Origin: Neodothiora populina
Taxonomy: Eukaryota
Assembly: GCF_041146345.1 (NCBI RefSeq)
Contig: NW_027191411.1
Coordinates: 1,674,001-1,738,000, forward strand
Length of the DNA: 64,000 nt
Reading direction: 5' to 3'
The notes below the pieces were generated by a model, which had not been told where the DNA came from, did no database searches, and worked only from the letters and a program-made list of their open reading frames with translations. Positions 1-13,896 of the stretch are shown one piece after another (within the stretch, counting starts at the first letter, position 1; every line of letters begins with the position of its first letter). A program made the translations under genes and the position numbers.

Positions 1-308
1 CCAGCAGGAACGCGATGGTCTTGACGCACTTATTGACCAAGTGGACGCTGTTGCCCTTGCCGTATATGCCTGGTCCTGAGTCTGGTGCGAACCCGAGACA
101 TGAGACGTCGAAACAGCCCGCGCGTGAGCAGACGCAGGTTAGTTTCAATATCGAGTACACGTTCGCTAATCCGATGTATGCAGCGCTGAACGCTGCGGCT
201 GTGCCTCAGGTTGCTAGTAAGATGATTGCGGCGCTTAAGGAGAGGGCGAGGAAGGTTATCAAGGAGAGGACGAGGAAGGGTGAGAGCCGCATAACAAGCA
301 ACGAATGA
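1..308 (+). CDS. COQ10: Coenzyme Q-binding protein Coq10 (START/cyclase-dehydrase fold), 3' part only
   Basis: Translation LTHLLTKWTL...TQVSFNIEYTFANPMYAAL..AVPQVASKMIAALKERA matches the C-terminal pattern of the fungal Coq10 family. Stop TGA at 306-308. The 5' end lies outside the window. Confidence 0.8.
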   Translation, partial: SRNAMVLTHLLTKWTLLPLPYMPGPESGANPRHETSKQPAREQTQVSFNIEYTFANPMYAALNAAAVPQVASKMIAALKERARKVIKERTRKGESRITSNE

Positions 309-1731
309 GAAAATCAAACAAAAGATGAAGAGAATCGAGGAAGACTGATTGTATCTGTATACTGTCCATATATAAAAGAATATCCAAAGAAAAAGGAGAC
401 ACAATACCGAAGACGCTAGCACAACCGATCAGAGTACAACCAACAAGTCCTCTCTCAGACCATGCTTGCAAATCTTCTTGCATATCCCGAGACCAACGAA
501 AACCCGCAACGACGTTTCCTTAATATGCTCATTTTTCATAAACTCGAGTCTTAAAGTCGCCTTCTCTCAAGTGTGTGTACTGATACAGCACAATCTACAG
601 CAAAACCCTCCCATTCTCTTGTTACCTTTCTCTTGTTACCTTTCTCCAGGACTTACCTACCTCACTACTAAACACGGTCTAGAGCTAGACTTGAGCTGAC
701 TTGACGTGACGTGACATGGCACCTTTACCGCGTCGTGACCCTGTCCTTGTTCTTTTCACCCTCTTACTGCGTTCGAAGGAAAGGACAGTAGTAGTGCTGC
801 GCATCATGCTGTCTGGTTTGTGTACTGCTTTTATGTCTTTTTATCTGGTTAGGAGAGGAATAGAGGGAGTGCCCTAGATTAGGCTAAAGATATGGTATAT
901 ACCTTACTTTCCATAGCTCATCCTTCCTGGGCTGTTGCTATAGACCTGGACAAATAACCCAACCCTCTGCAAAGGACCTTCCTGTCCTTGGATCTTACCT
1001 TCACAAAAGCGGAAAAATCAAGAAACATATGTCTTCTCTTTCTTCTGATGATGTATGTATTCCTATTATTACCGGATCTAATTATATAGCCGTCCACCCC
1101 CCCAAAACCAAAAACTCCAATGACAAGATGACAAAGGGACAGGATGAATGAGTGTAGATGAGTCAAGCGCTCTGATGAAAGAAAACAAGGAAAGGAAAGG
1201 ACCTGATCCCGAAACAGACATTGATGAAGAGAGTCGGAATCGGAGTCCAGAGTGGGTAAGCCAAGTGAGTGAAGGGCTTGAATCAAGTGAACTAATGGGA
1301 GGAAACAAAAAGGGAAAGAAAAAGGAAAGGGAAAGGAAAGAAGATATTAGGGGTTCGACGTAACCAGACCAAAGCAAATCACCGCCTCTTCTACCACCAC
1401 TTCTTCCTCCTCCCACTCCTCATTCTCATTCTCCCGCCTACTCCTTGAGCGCGTGATGGGAACTCCTGTACTCGAAGAAGGCCGAAACCGTCATCATTTT
1501 TAAATACAACCCAAAAACAGAGCCTTCTCCAGTATCTGAGCACCTGTGAAGATCAAGCCTGTCCACCGTCCATCCTCGATGCATTGATGGGAAAGAAGAA
1601 TCGGAGAAAGCCACCAAAGTTTTGTTGCGCCGTCTCTGTTTCTGTGTAGCCCTTCTCCACGATCAGAACAGGTCCCACGTATATGTCCGTGGTCTTGATT
1701 CGTTCAGCAGCCCTTCTAGTGATTGACACCT

Positions 1732-2361
1732 TTATCCAGTAACCTGCCGCAACATAGCCATATATTCAGCAGGAGCGGCTCTCGCGTCCAGCTTGGCAAG
1801 GACACCTCTGGTTCGTGGCGCAATACGCCTGAACATGTCATCGGCACCCAGCCTCCGTCGCATGGTTTGAAGCAGAACAGAGAGGAACGGAGGCTCGGCT
1901 CTGGCTATGCGGCTATCGACGAGGAAGGCATAAAGGCTGTCAGGGTTGTCGCCATGATGACTTGGGTTCGGTGCTTCTTCAAGCAGTGTCTCGAGTAGAG
2001 ATATGGAGAGCGTCGCGTAATACTCTAGAGTTATTCGTGCGGCGTGACTGACTCCGTCGCCCTGGCTCGACAGGATGGTCCGCACATTGCCCTCGGCTCT
2101 TCTAATTAGAGCCTTGATCGCTATCGCTGACTTTTCTACATTCCACTGAGCAGTGCCTGCCCGCGGACTATGATCAAGGTATTTGTAGTGGTTATCGAAA
2201 ATCTTGATGAGCTCTCCCTGGATTCTACCATATTCATCTGCTTGTTCTCCCTCTCCCGTTGTCCTGCGCGGATTAGTATGAAGCCCAGCACAAAAGAAGC
2301 AGTGTCTCGCCTCATACCAGGTGTTAGCAAGAGATAGAGCTCTCCTCGATCTGGCAGCCAT
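1732..2361 (-). CDS. Hypothetical orphan protein, about 191 aa; exons 2361-2318 and 2263-1732
   Basis: Lies inside a 347-codon stop-free frame. ATG at 2361. A canonical 54-nt intron occupies 2317-2264 (GTATGA...ACTAAT...GCAG). No family recognised, and the true start is uncertain. Confidence 0.5.
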   Translation of the reverse strand: MAARSRRALSLANTWYEARHCFFCAGLHTNPRRTTGEGEQADEYGRIQGELIKIFDNHYKYLDHSPRAGTAQWNVEKSAIAIKALIRRAEGNVRTILSSQGDGVSHAARITLEYYATLSISLLETLLEEAPNPSHHGDNPDSLYAFLVDSRIARAEPPFLSVLLQTMRRRLGADDMFRRIAPRTRGVLAKLDARAAPAEYMAMLRQVTG

Positions 2362-4636
2362 TGCTGGACGTTTCAACGGTATTGCTGTGCTTTCTTTGTG
2401 TATTATGCTGGGAAATGAGGGAGAGAGACGTCGGCAGACAAAAGAAGTGATGAGCTGCTGGTTGTATTTGGAAAATGAAGCTGCGACGAAGTCCCCTTTA
2501 TGATGGTCTCCCTCACTCTTCACTTCCGCCATCAAGGCGTACCAGTGACTCAACTGAGTATACAATATTGTGAGACTATCGGCGTCGACCGGGTTAGGAA
2601 ACCCACACGCAAAAGAACAATTCCACAAGTGTCCAATCATTATCTTCACAAGTCCTGTCTGGCATATTGTATGTGCTTTGGCCCATCTGCGATGACCACT
2701 CGGCCCCGTTGTTTGCATTGTGTTGGTCGCATGGATGTATGGCTGTACAATAGTGCAACCAACACAAGGACCCACCTAATACACCCCGACATGACTACGG
2801 AGACACCGGAATCAATAGCTGCGGAAAGGGAGGACCTAAGGCATCAGTAATGACGTGAAAGGGGAAGAATAAGGTGCTCCGCAGAAGCTTGTGTGTCCAT
2901 ACCTCCCTGAGCGGGCATGCGCCCCTGAACAACCAAGATGTCAAGTCCCCAATCACATTGTTTGATTCACTCGACGGAAATCGTCTCGAACCTAGTAGTC
3001 TCGCTAAGGTGATCGTTGGTCCCCTTGATTCGCTTCGTCCGGACTGCATAAATCGAATGCTTCCAACATGTCCAGGCACGAGATCCGTACGTGCAGTCGA
3101 GATTAGAAGGGCAAGGCGGTGATGTGTAGCCTTCAACTGATAGTGAGAGACGAGGTACCGGTCTGACTTCATCTACTAGCCCAGCAGTAAGGTATAACGC
3201 CCCCAAAGACGGGAACTAATGTATGGTGGTGAAGAGTATGTGGAAACAAGCATACAGACTCACGCGGACAAGGTGCCTTTTGCGAGGTCGCAGCCACAGG
3301 CTCACCACCTCGAGCACCGCAGCTCTTCGGACAATATAGCCATGTGCCTGTAGCGACCACTTGCGGCCAAGGCTAAGTGAGATGGATGTTGGTATTGATC
3401 TGCATGGATGTGGAGGCATGTCGAAAACTGGACTTCGATATCCATTCATTACGCGCCCATCTGCACAGCCTTATCGCTTCCGCAATCGCGGCTCAGGGTC
3501 ACTACAGTTGATCAGTCGTGAAGTGAATTAGTCATTGAATATTCAATAGTGATGTTGTTCGCACCGTATGCAGCTAGTTTAATGTCGGTGGATAGGGAAT
3601 GCATAGTGTGTACCTGCAGCGTGTGTTCATGATGCTCGGCGGCCGCAGCATGAACGCAGCACTGTCCGGTCAGATGATACATTTCAGGAAAGGACACCGC
3701 TGTTGATTGTAAACACTTTCGCAAATACCCTATGACGTAGATCGAGCGATTATGCAATTGTCTGTTTATAGAGAATAGAAATGTTCTCGATCATTGCCTA
3801 CCTCTGTCGAACTCTGTTCGCGAGCACTCTACGACGCCTGGCCATGCAGCCGTACAATCAACAAAGCGAAGCAAGTCGAATCAACCGTCTCGTGAGATCG
3901 ACGTTGATTGATAGCTCAAGCGTTGCAAGTCTTCCTGCAGTGCTGTATAAGGCGGAACCGGTGTCCTGGTGGGTCATATTTCCATGATTAGGCCCAAATC
4001 TGTTCGCAACGGTAAGTGGCCAGCTCCTATCATGTGGTGTACTCACACAATCTCAGCTGGGTGGCGACCAGCAAGTATCACTCGGTGCAATGCGAAGGGA
4101 ACCACGGAGGGATCAAACATGAATGGTCGAAGCAGCAAGGGGTCATTCGAGCGCTCCGTAAGACGGATGACTGTCAGGTATGGGCATTCTCGGGTCAGGC
4201 CAAAGTCATGTAATTATTCAGTAAGATTACTCGTCAGAGGTGTCCAGCCATGGGTAGTCCACGCATGTACCGATAGCAGCTCGGCATTGTTGTGCTCCAT
4301 CCTTTCCCCTGGCTGCCCCTGGATCGACACCGCTGACTTGTTCTGTATCCAGGGAGCTGGGTGAGCGCACTCGTCTACGTGCTGCTGACGAGGCCACAAG
4401 CAGCGGAGGTGTGTGGGTCGCGCGTGTATCTGCGAATCAGAAGAGCCTTTGGAGCCTGGATTTCATCAATCTTCCTGGAAAACACGCCGAATCATTCCTT
4501 ATCTTAAACGCCGCTAGCGCCTCTCGCAATGCCAATGCCGGTAAAGGTGCATCTATTTACCAGAGGGCATATTGCTCTCGGCACGACTGCACTCCTGTGA
4601 CATGCCCCACCCTGTCTCACCGGTCATGATTTCTGT

Positions 4637-5431
4637 CTAATCTTGTCTTCCCTTGAGCAGCCTCTTGGTAACCTTGTCCTTTTCGATGACGTAAACGTGT
4701 GCACCCCATCCTGAGAGGGCGTCTCTGTCGACTGCGTTGAGTAGTGCCTGGGAGATGGTTTCGAACAGATCCTCGGGACCCTGATTTTCAATTATCAGTC
4801 AAGCGGACCTTGCGTCTTTGAGAGTATCCACTTACAAGATCAGGCTCCCAGAGGCCTTCGCATGTACCGAAGAGCTGATCACTCGCGGTACCGCTCACGA
4901 TGAAGTCCTTGGCGAAATCGATGCATCCAATACTGTCGAAGCCGCAGATGAAAGGCTTTCCGGTGGTGTGATTGATGCCTGCAATGACAGGACTGACAAA
5001 GTAGGGGCCGAATCGGCGCTCATAGAGGGTGCTCGACACGAGGTTGGCCATGGTCTGAGGCGAGATCTGGCGCTCCTCGCGCAGGCGGTACATGTTGACC
5101 TTGTAGCGGAAGAGCTCACTGACAGTGGAGACATCGGTAGCCAGACCTGTGAGACCTAGGTACACATCGCCGTATGGGAAAATCTTGGGAAAGTTGTTGG
5201 AGACTGTGAGTGCTTGTAGACCTAGTCGGAGATCGCATGCAATGGCCACACAGTCCTTTCCCACCATTGCCACGCAGGCACCGCCATCTGTATCGACATG
5301 GTTAGACTTGCTGCATATCGCTGTGTCGCTGTTGTTGCTGCTGATGCATACTTATTGCGAATGGAGAACTCTGTGCCAATAGTCAGCCACAGCACTTGCC
5401 TTGATGGATGCCGTCGAGATGTGCTTACCAT
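4637..5431 (-). CDS. PUP3: 20S proteasome subunit beta-3; exons 5431-5429, 5370-5352, 5287-4836, 4780-4637 (205 aa)
   Basis: Spliced product [30 protein letters not shown]...[13 protein letters not shown]...LKGRQD. All three introns are GT..AG with branch points. Confidence 0.97.
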
Positions 5432-5662
5432 AGTGTGATTGTGTAATGGAAATGAGGTTATAGAGAACTACCGCTTATTGACCTAGAGTGGTACTTGGAT
5501 CAAACAGATGGGACTGATGGATGATAGATTACAAGAGGTGTTGGGAAATGAGTATATGTGATGGAAGGATGCAGCAGATTGATATGTTTCTTGACAATCT
5601 ACACTCCACAAAGGTCCAGTATACGGTACGGTAGGCAGAGCTGTAACGCGCATGCCTTCCAC

Positions 5663-5696
5663 CACAGCAAGCACAGCAAGCACAGCAAGCACAGCA
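5663..5696. repeat. 9-bp tandem repeat (CACAGCAAG) x ~3.8 in the PUP3/MRPL25 divergent promoter
   Basis: Directly visible: cacagcaag cacagcaag cacagcaag cacagca. Confidence 0.9.
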
Positions 5697-5905
5697 CCTT
5701 CCCCGTCGTCACTGCAGTTGCCGCGTCCAAGCTTCCATGACTTGACTGGACTTTTTGCTTGGCACTTCACTTCCGCCTTTCTTGGCATTTCTCACCTTCG
5801 TCCGGGCGGGAAACAATACGACTAATTACTCGAGACAATTCAAGAAATACCACCAGAGAAACACCGTCTCCTTCACCCATCGAACAGCCTCCGACCACAC
5901 ACACA

Positions 5906-6511
5906 ATGGCTTCGGTCACGCCTACACCACAGCAGCTGCAGCGGCTCGCGCTGTCTCTACCATCGCCGCTCCTCACATTCTTCAAGAAATATCCGCCACA
6001 AGCACTATCATCAACGACCGCATCAGCGTCAGCACCACAAGTCAAGTCTCTAGCGAGCAACACCTCTTCCGCAGACCCAAACGCAAACACTCCTACACAA
6101 GTCGGCACGGAATCAACACCAGCTGCGGCTTCCGAGACCTCGGCGACATACTCCCTGCAGCCCGAGAACCCTTTCCTGCCGTGGAAAAACCCAGTCACGC
6201 TACGATGGCAGCCGCCAACATACTCGCTGCGCCGCCAAGCTGACCTCGTCAAGATGGCCCAGAAACACAACGTCCTGTCTCTGCTTCCCTGGTCGCCGAA
6301 GATGCCGGCTGAGATTGAGAGAAAGCGCGCCGAGCACGGCCTGAGGGTCAAGGGAACCGGTGTCGGCCAGAAGGTCAAGGGAAAGCTGTGGGAGAGAACG
6401 CTCAAGGGCAGATTGGACGAGAGGAGGAAGGCCATGGAGGCTATGCCCGAGATGATCAGGAACTGGAAGGAGAGAGGACACGGTCGTGGCTTGAAGAAGT
6501 GGCCCAAATGA
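5906..6511 (+). CDS. MRPL25: Mitochondrial large-subunit ribosomal protein mL59 (MRPL25)
   Basis: Motifs LLTFFKKYPP, NPFLPWKNPVTLRWQPPTYSLRRQADLVK, KVKGKLWER and MPEMIRNWKERGHGR..KKWPK are characteristic of mL59. ATG at 5906 in ACAATGG context. Confidence 0.92.
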   Translation: MASVTPTPQQLQRLALSLPSPLLTFFKKYPPQALSSTTASASAPQVKSLASNTSSADPNANTPTQVGTESTPAAASETSATYSLQPENPFLPWKNPVTLRWQPPTYSLRRQADLVKMAQKHNVLSLLPWSPKMPAEIERKRAEHGLRVKGTGVGQKVKGKLWERTLKGRLDERRKAMEAMPEMIRNWKERGHGRGLKKWPK

Positions 6512-6806
6512 GCGGGTTCGTTTCTGTCATCACTTTCAAGGCACACTATACGATCTTGGGGCGTATGCGACGGGATGGATGGATGGACATCACCACCAAG
6601 GGGTCGGCATGCGTCTCCAAGTATGGGTTTAAGAAGGTTGGTAAAGACTGTCATGTGCTGTTCGCAATATGTTCTTCGCATACAACATATAGAAGATGTG
6701 CGACGATTGGTACATATGGATCAGACAGTGTAAGATATCTTGAGACAGCATGAATATCGCAATGGAACTGCAAAGAGAAAGTCTATTGTCATCTCATCCT
6801 GAACAA

Positions 6807-8053
6807 CTACTTCTTGAGAGCCTCGTTCTCAGACTTCACAATGATGGGAATCTCCTCCTCAATGCTGTGCTCCTTCGGAACCCAGCCCAGGATCTTGTTC
6901 AGTCTCTCGGCCTTGCCTCTTGAGTTGTATCCCCAGCTCAGACTCTCGAATCCGGCCACGTCCTTGGCCTTTGCCTCATCCATCTTCTCGGTCTTTGCCT
7001 CAGGGATAAACCCGAGGTCGGCGGCAGTCTTTGCCACCAATTTTGACAGCTCGCCCCAGACGTGCTCTCCGTTCTCACAGAGGTAGTAGACGTCGCCACC
7101 CCACATGCCCTTGTCGTTCTTGCCAGCGACGGCAGCCTCAGCGAGCAGAAGGAATGCGTTTGAAAGGTCGTAGACGTGCACGTTGTTCCAGCGGGCCTTG
7201 CCCTCACCGAGGATGGGTCCGGACTTCAGTCTCAAAGTGGCCTTGACGAGCTCGTAGGCCTGACGACTACGAGTGTGAGAAGGACCACGTCCCTTGCCTA
7301 CAAATAAGAGTTAGCATTACTGGATTCATGATGTATAAAAGAGGGAAAGATGAGGTGCGTGAACATACCATAGATGGTCGGTGGGCACACGAGAGCGACC
7401 TTGACATTATCGGGGTGCTCCTTTCCACAACCTAGCACGATCTCGTCGACATTGCGGTGGAAGGCCTCATGGGGGAGGTTGGTAAGCTCATCAACTCCGT
7501 TCCAGTCGTTGAACTCCTTGTCGCTGGGATCGCCAAACTTTCCGGCACTGCTGTCGAAGTAGGTCAGGATACCTGTACCACCGCAGTGGAGCCAGTAGCC
7601 AGGCTTCTTCTTGGTGTGCTTGGCTAGACCTTCGGCGAATGCCTTGGAAGCGCCTTCGTGATCTGAGGAGTCGGCAGTGTCTGAATAACAATAAGGATTA
7701 AGCTCGACGGTTACATTGCCCAGACAAAAGACACCACTGCTCCAATGGCCGAAGATACTTACGAACGATAATGTCGGTGGCGGCCGCCTCCTTCACTAAG
7801 AGGTCGTAGCTATCAAGATCTCCCACTACAGTACGTGCCTTGGGGTACACATCTGTGACCTGCTTTCCCTTCTCTGCATTCCGCACAAGAGCCGAGAATT
7901 CCCATTCAGGGTGAGCCTTGTTGAGAGCGTAGAAAGCGTCGCCGCCAATGTAGCCAGTGACTCCGGTACTGAGAGGAGAAACATCAGCATTGTTGAGAAG
8001 TGGGGGAAGAATTACCTTACTGTTTACTGCACTTACACGAATACTTTGACCAT
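6807..8053 (-). CDS. NAD(P)-binding Rossmann protein, NAD-dependent epimerase/dehydratase-like (atypical SDR); exons 8053-8037, 7968-7763, 7680-7369, 7297-6807 (341 aa)
   Basis: Spliced N-terminus MVKVFVTGVTGYIGG (GxxGxxG). Also VCPPTIYGKGRG and WNNVHVYDL motifs, and three canonical introns. Confidence 0.9.
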
Positions 8054-8719
8054 TTTGGATGCTGTTTCTTGTATACTGTTCGTAAATGCAATCAATTAAG
8101 ACAGAGCAGATCCAGGTATTCAAGATATCTGGTTGAGATCTAGTGAAAGGTTCAGCGAAAAAAAATCGCTGACCTCATAGCTATATATATGCACATACAG
8201 GATATGTGGGGAGGTGGTAGCTGAGGGGTAACGATCGCGCTCACGTCAGACGCTTAAGAAACCAAGATTCCCCCGCGATCTACTTGTGTGAGAGGCTCAA
8301 GTCATGCGTAAGGAACTCCTCTGTATACCTCAGGTAGGCTATATGCAACACGGCTATGCGACCATTGCAACATCATATCCACAAGCATAACAAGCCCAGT
8401 GCCCTGAAGATCAAGTCTCCACTTGCAACGGTAAGATTCACAGATTACAAATACGCTTTCGAAGCTCACCTTGAAACACTGGACATGGATGCGAGAAAGA
8501 GGAGATTGGGTCTTGGAAAAAGTTTGTGTCATTTGTGTACTCCGGCCTGCCTGATACACCCCAACCAGCATTTATGAAGTCCTTGTCCAGGACTATCGGG
8601 ACGCCGCAATGCAAACCTCCATGTAGAAGCGCTATCAAAATCATGAATGCCAAAACTCAAGTCGAATAAGGAACACCCCCGAACTGAATCAGCCGCGACG
8701 AAGCAACAAGTTTTGCCGC

Positions 8720-11034
<2,315 letters not shown>

Positions 11035-12424
11035 TTTGAAAATCGGCTAATATAGAGAGAAAATAAAAGTGCAAGGAGGGGTATTAGAAAGAGGTAAATA
11101 GTGCTAAACTCTAGCTGGAGCGAATGTAGCCGTCTCTGTTTTGGCAGCTACAGATCGAGGAAGAAGGATGGATTGATATGGTGGATCTTGTCACAGCAAA
11201 TTAGGAAATTGGTAGTCAAGACTGGAGAGAGAGAGCAAGAGCGAGAGCAAGGCGAGGAAGAAAAGCGAGTGCTCTGATGATGGAATAATAGGTGGTGGTG
11301 GGTTTCAAGTGGCCTCACCGACGACAACGGGCTGTGTCTTTATTATTATGGCTTGGGGGCGCCTCACGCGCAAGCAGGGGACGCACGTTCCTCGTTGCCG
11401 TGTCGGTAACCACGACGAAATACTCAGACGACTGTTTGCATACGTCGCTTTCCGCCCACTACTTACCTAGGTGCCCGAAATGCCTTAGACCACAAAGCCA
11501 AAACAGAAGCTAAAAAGCCACCCACTGATGTGCATCCCACCGATGTGCCCCCCTCTACCCCAGGCCTTTGCCCAGCCTACGACTCACTAGACCCCGTAAG
11601 GTACCCCTGTAGCACAAGGTAGGTACCTTACTGTGTACAAGTATAGCGCCCTGAATCCAATACGCATGTGCAGGTACTGCAATATGTTGTGACGATCTCT
11701 GACATGCATAATTTGTTACTCTGCGGCTTCTGAACTCGCCTGAAGAGCTGTCGTGTTACTGATCATCTTACCCCTGAATGCCAATACGCGATAATTATTT
11801 CTGACGCTTTGCTTTCGCCATCCACCTCTTGGGATAAGGCAAAGCCTCGACCTTGGGGGACAAAGTGCCGCAAGCTAGATGTTACTATTCTTAACGCTCT
11901 ACCACCGTCCGCTCGGTCTGATCGGTGAAGACATCCGTATCCGGGTCAATCGCCCCCCAAATAGCAATATGCCCACGCCCTTTGTCTCTTGTTTACCAGC
12001 ACTCGAAGCGACCCTTTGTTTGCCGCATCCGATCTTCTTGAAGGTTCCAGGGCGACGACCGATGACTTGCTGTTTCTACTCGGGCTGTTTCTCTGTACTG
12101 CCCTGATGATGGAAGGTAAATTTTGGTGCTGATGCTTATATTTTTTTTCCAGTCTCCACGTCATTGCTCCATTGTCAGTGTAGATGGATCACGGGGTAAC
12201 CCTGCCTAGGCCCCGTCTTCGTTATTGATACCACCTTGTTGCCTTTGCTCCATGCGACTATCATAGAGACTACTCCTTGACTAAATAGATTATCCTCATA
12301 CTGATCTACTGTCTTTCATATTTTGAGCTTTTTCTTTGTCTGTTTATTTAGGCTCGATTGCCGAAGCCCAGTATAACGTTGGACGCTTCGAATTACCGCC
12401 GCTTGTAGTAGCCAGAGTACAGTC

Positions 12425-13896
12425 ATGCCGCCGACCTTGATCTTGATCAGACACGGAGAGGCTCTGCACAATGTCGAAAAGGACTATTCGATACCCGATC
12501 CGGTGCTTACAAAATTGGGCAGGAAGCAATGTGCAGATCTCCACGAGCAATTGAAGGAGTCGCTGCCATTGGCTCAGCAGGTCGAAGCCATTGTGTCCAG
12601 TCCTATGGTGAGGACCATTGAGACAACCTTGATTGGTCTTGACTGGTTGATCAAGAAAAGCATTCCTATCGAACTTGATCCTTTATGGCAAGGTGAGCGA
12701 TCGTTTTTTTCTCACTTTCGTCAACTTTTCCATCCCAATTTTGTTTTTATCGTCCACTGCCGATGTTCTGTTTCGGCTCTCTCTGTGGTTGACGATTCGC
12801 GTGGCCCGTTTTTTCCTCGAGCGAGGCGTTCCGTTTCAACGTGCATATAGGCAGGTCAGCTCGTGTTTCACATGCACCAGAAAGAAAATAAAAAGTCGAC
12901 GAGTGACTCGTCTACGTTTGTGTCTCAGGCGACAATCTCTTTCACAATACGTAGGTGGCTATCAGGTGCCGATTCATGTACTCGTGGTTTTTGGGCTTGT
13001 AAGCCGAGATGTACGATAGGACGATATTTGGATATAGTGTTGTCGAACATTCGCATGCTCTAGTCTTTTCATACATGAAGATCAGGAAAACCAAAGCCGA
13101 GTCATCATACGCTAGACGCAAAGTAAAGACATGCGCAGTAACTAACACGCCCTGCTGCCACTGAACAGAAAACTCCTCCAAACCCTGCGACACAGGCAGC
13201 CCCGTGGCAGAGCTCAAGAAGCGCTTCTCAGACCTCGACTGGTCGCCGGTAGAATCAACAACATACCCAGACAAGACCGGTCCGGGCTCGCCCTACGCAT
13301 TCACCAAGACCGCCGTGCTCGCTCGCGGTCAGACGTGTCTCAAGAACCTGTATCAACGAAAGGAGAAGGTCGTGGCCGTCGTGGCGCATTCTGGGTTCTT
13401 GAGATGCGCCGTCAGTCATAATCTGTTAGTATTTTTTTCTCTTCTCTTTTTTGTCCTGTTTCTCATTCGAAATTTTCCAAAATCTCTGTTCTCGAGCGTC
13501 ACTCTTCTTGTTTCCTTCTTTTCCTCCTGCGCCTCTCTTCCCCTACACGATATTCTTCAATTCGCATATGGAGAGAGGGAGAGGGAGAGGAATGGAGAGA
13601 GAGAGGACGAGAGAAAAGCAGCAGTCCACCTCAACAACACCTACATATACTAATGCCCACACAGCTACGCCAACGCCGACTACCGCGTCTTCGACTTCGT
13701 CTCCAACACAGACCCCGAAAAGCCCGAACTGGCCGAATGGGACCTGACGGCAGACAACGGCGGCGGTATGGGCACGAGCGAGAAAGGCCGGGTCGTGGTT
13801 TCGGCCACTGACTTCCCTCCTGAAGAGACTGTTGCGGAGGTCCGTGGCGAACAGGGTAAGCAGATTCAGGATGAGGCGGCTAAAGAGGTGCCGTGA
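12425..13896 (+). CDS. Histidine phosphatase / phosphoglycerate mutase-like protein; exons 12425-12692, 13169-13424, 13665-13896 (251 aa)
   Basis: RHG motif (LIRHGEALHN), SSPMVRT, QENSSKPCDTGS, VAHSGFLR and YANADYRVFDF. Splice phases are consistent. Confidence 0.9.

Noticed and set aside
918..1416. Short ORFs on both strands in a GA-rich stretch (possible gene or transposon relic)
   Set aside because: The translations are low-complexity, with no transposase or RT motifs, terminal repeats or target-site duplication.
2795..4629. Multiple 60-130 aa ORFs upstream of the orphan gene
   Set aside because: I could not build a consistent splice model or find recognisable motifs, and the lengths are compatible with chance.
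5759..5905. In-frame upstream extension of MRPL25 from a TTG codon
   Set aside because: It is a non-ATG start. The ATG at 5906 has a good context and family similarity begins after it. No independent support.
5432..5905. Rpn4/PACE element (GGTGGCAAA) expected upstream of PUP3 and PRE10
   Set aside because: Not found in either promoter. Only weak GAGCT/GCAGCT-like words occur, which cannot be told from chance.
12103..12135. TGATGA...CTGA resembling C/D snoRNA boxes
   Set aside because: The boxes are only about 20 nt apart, with no terminal stem or recognisable guide.
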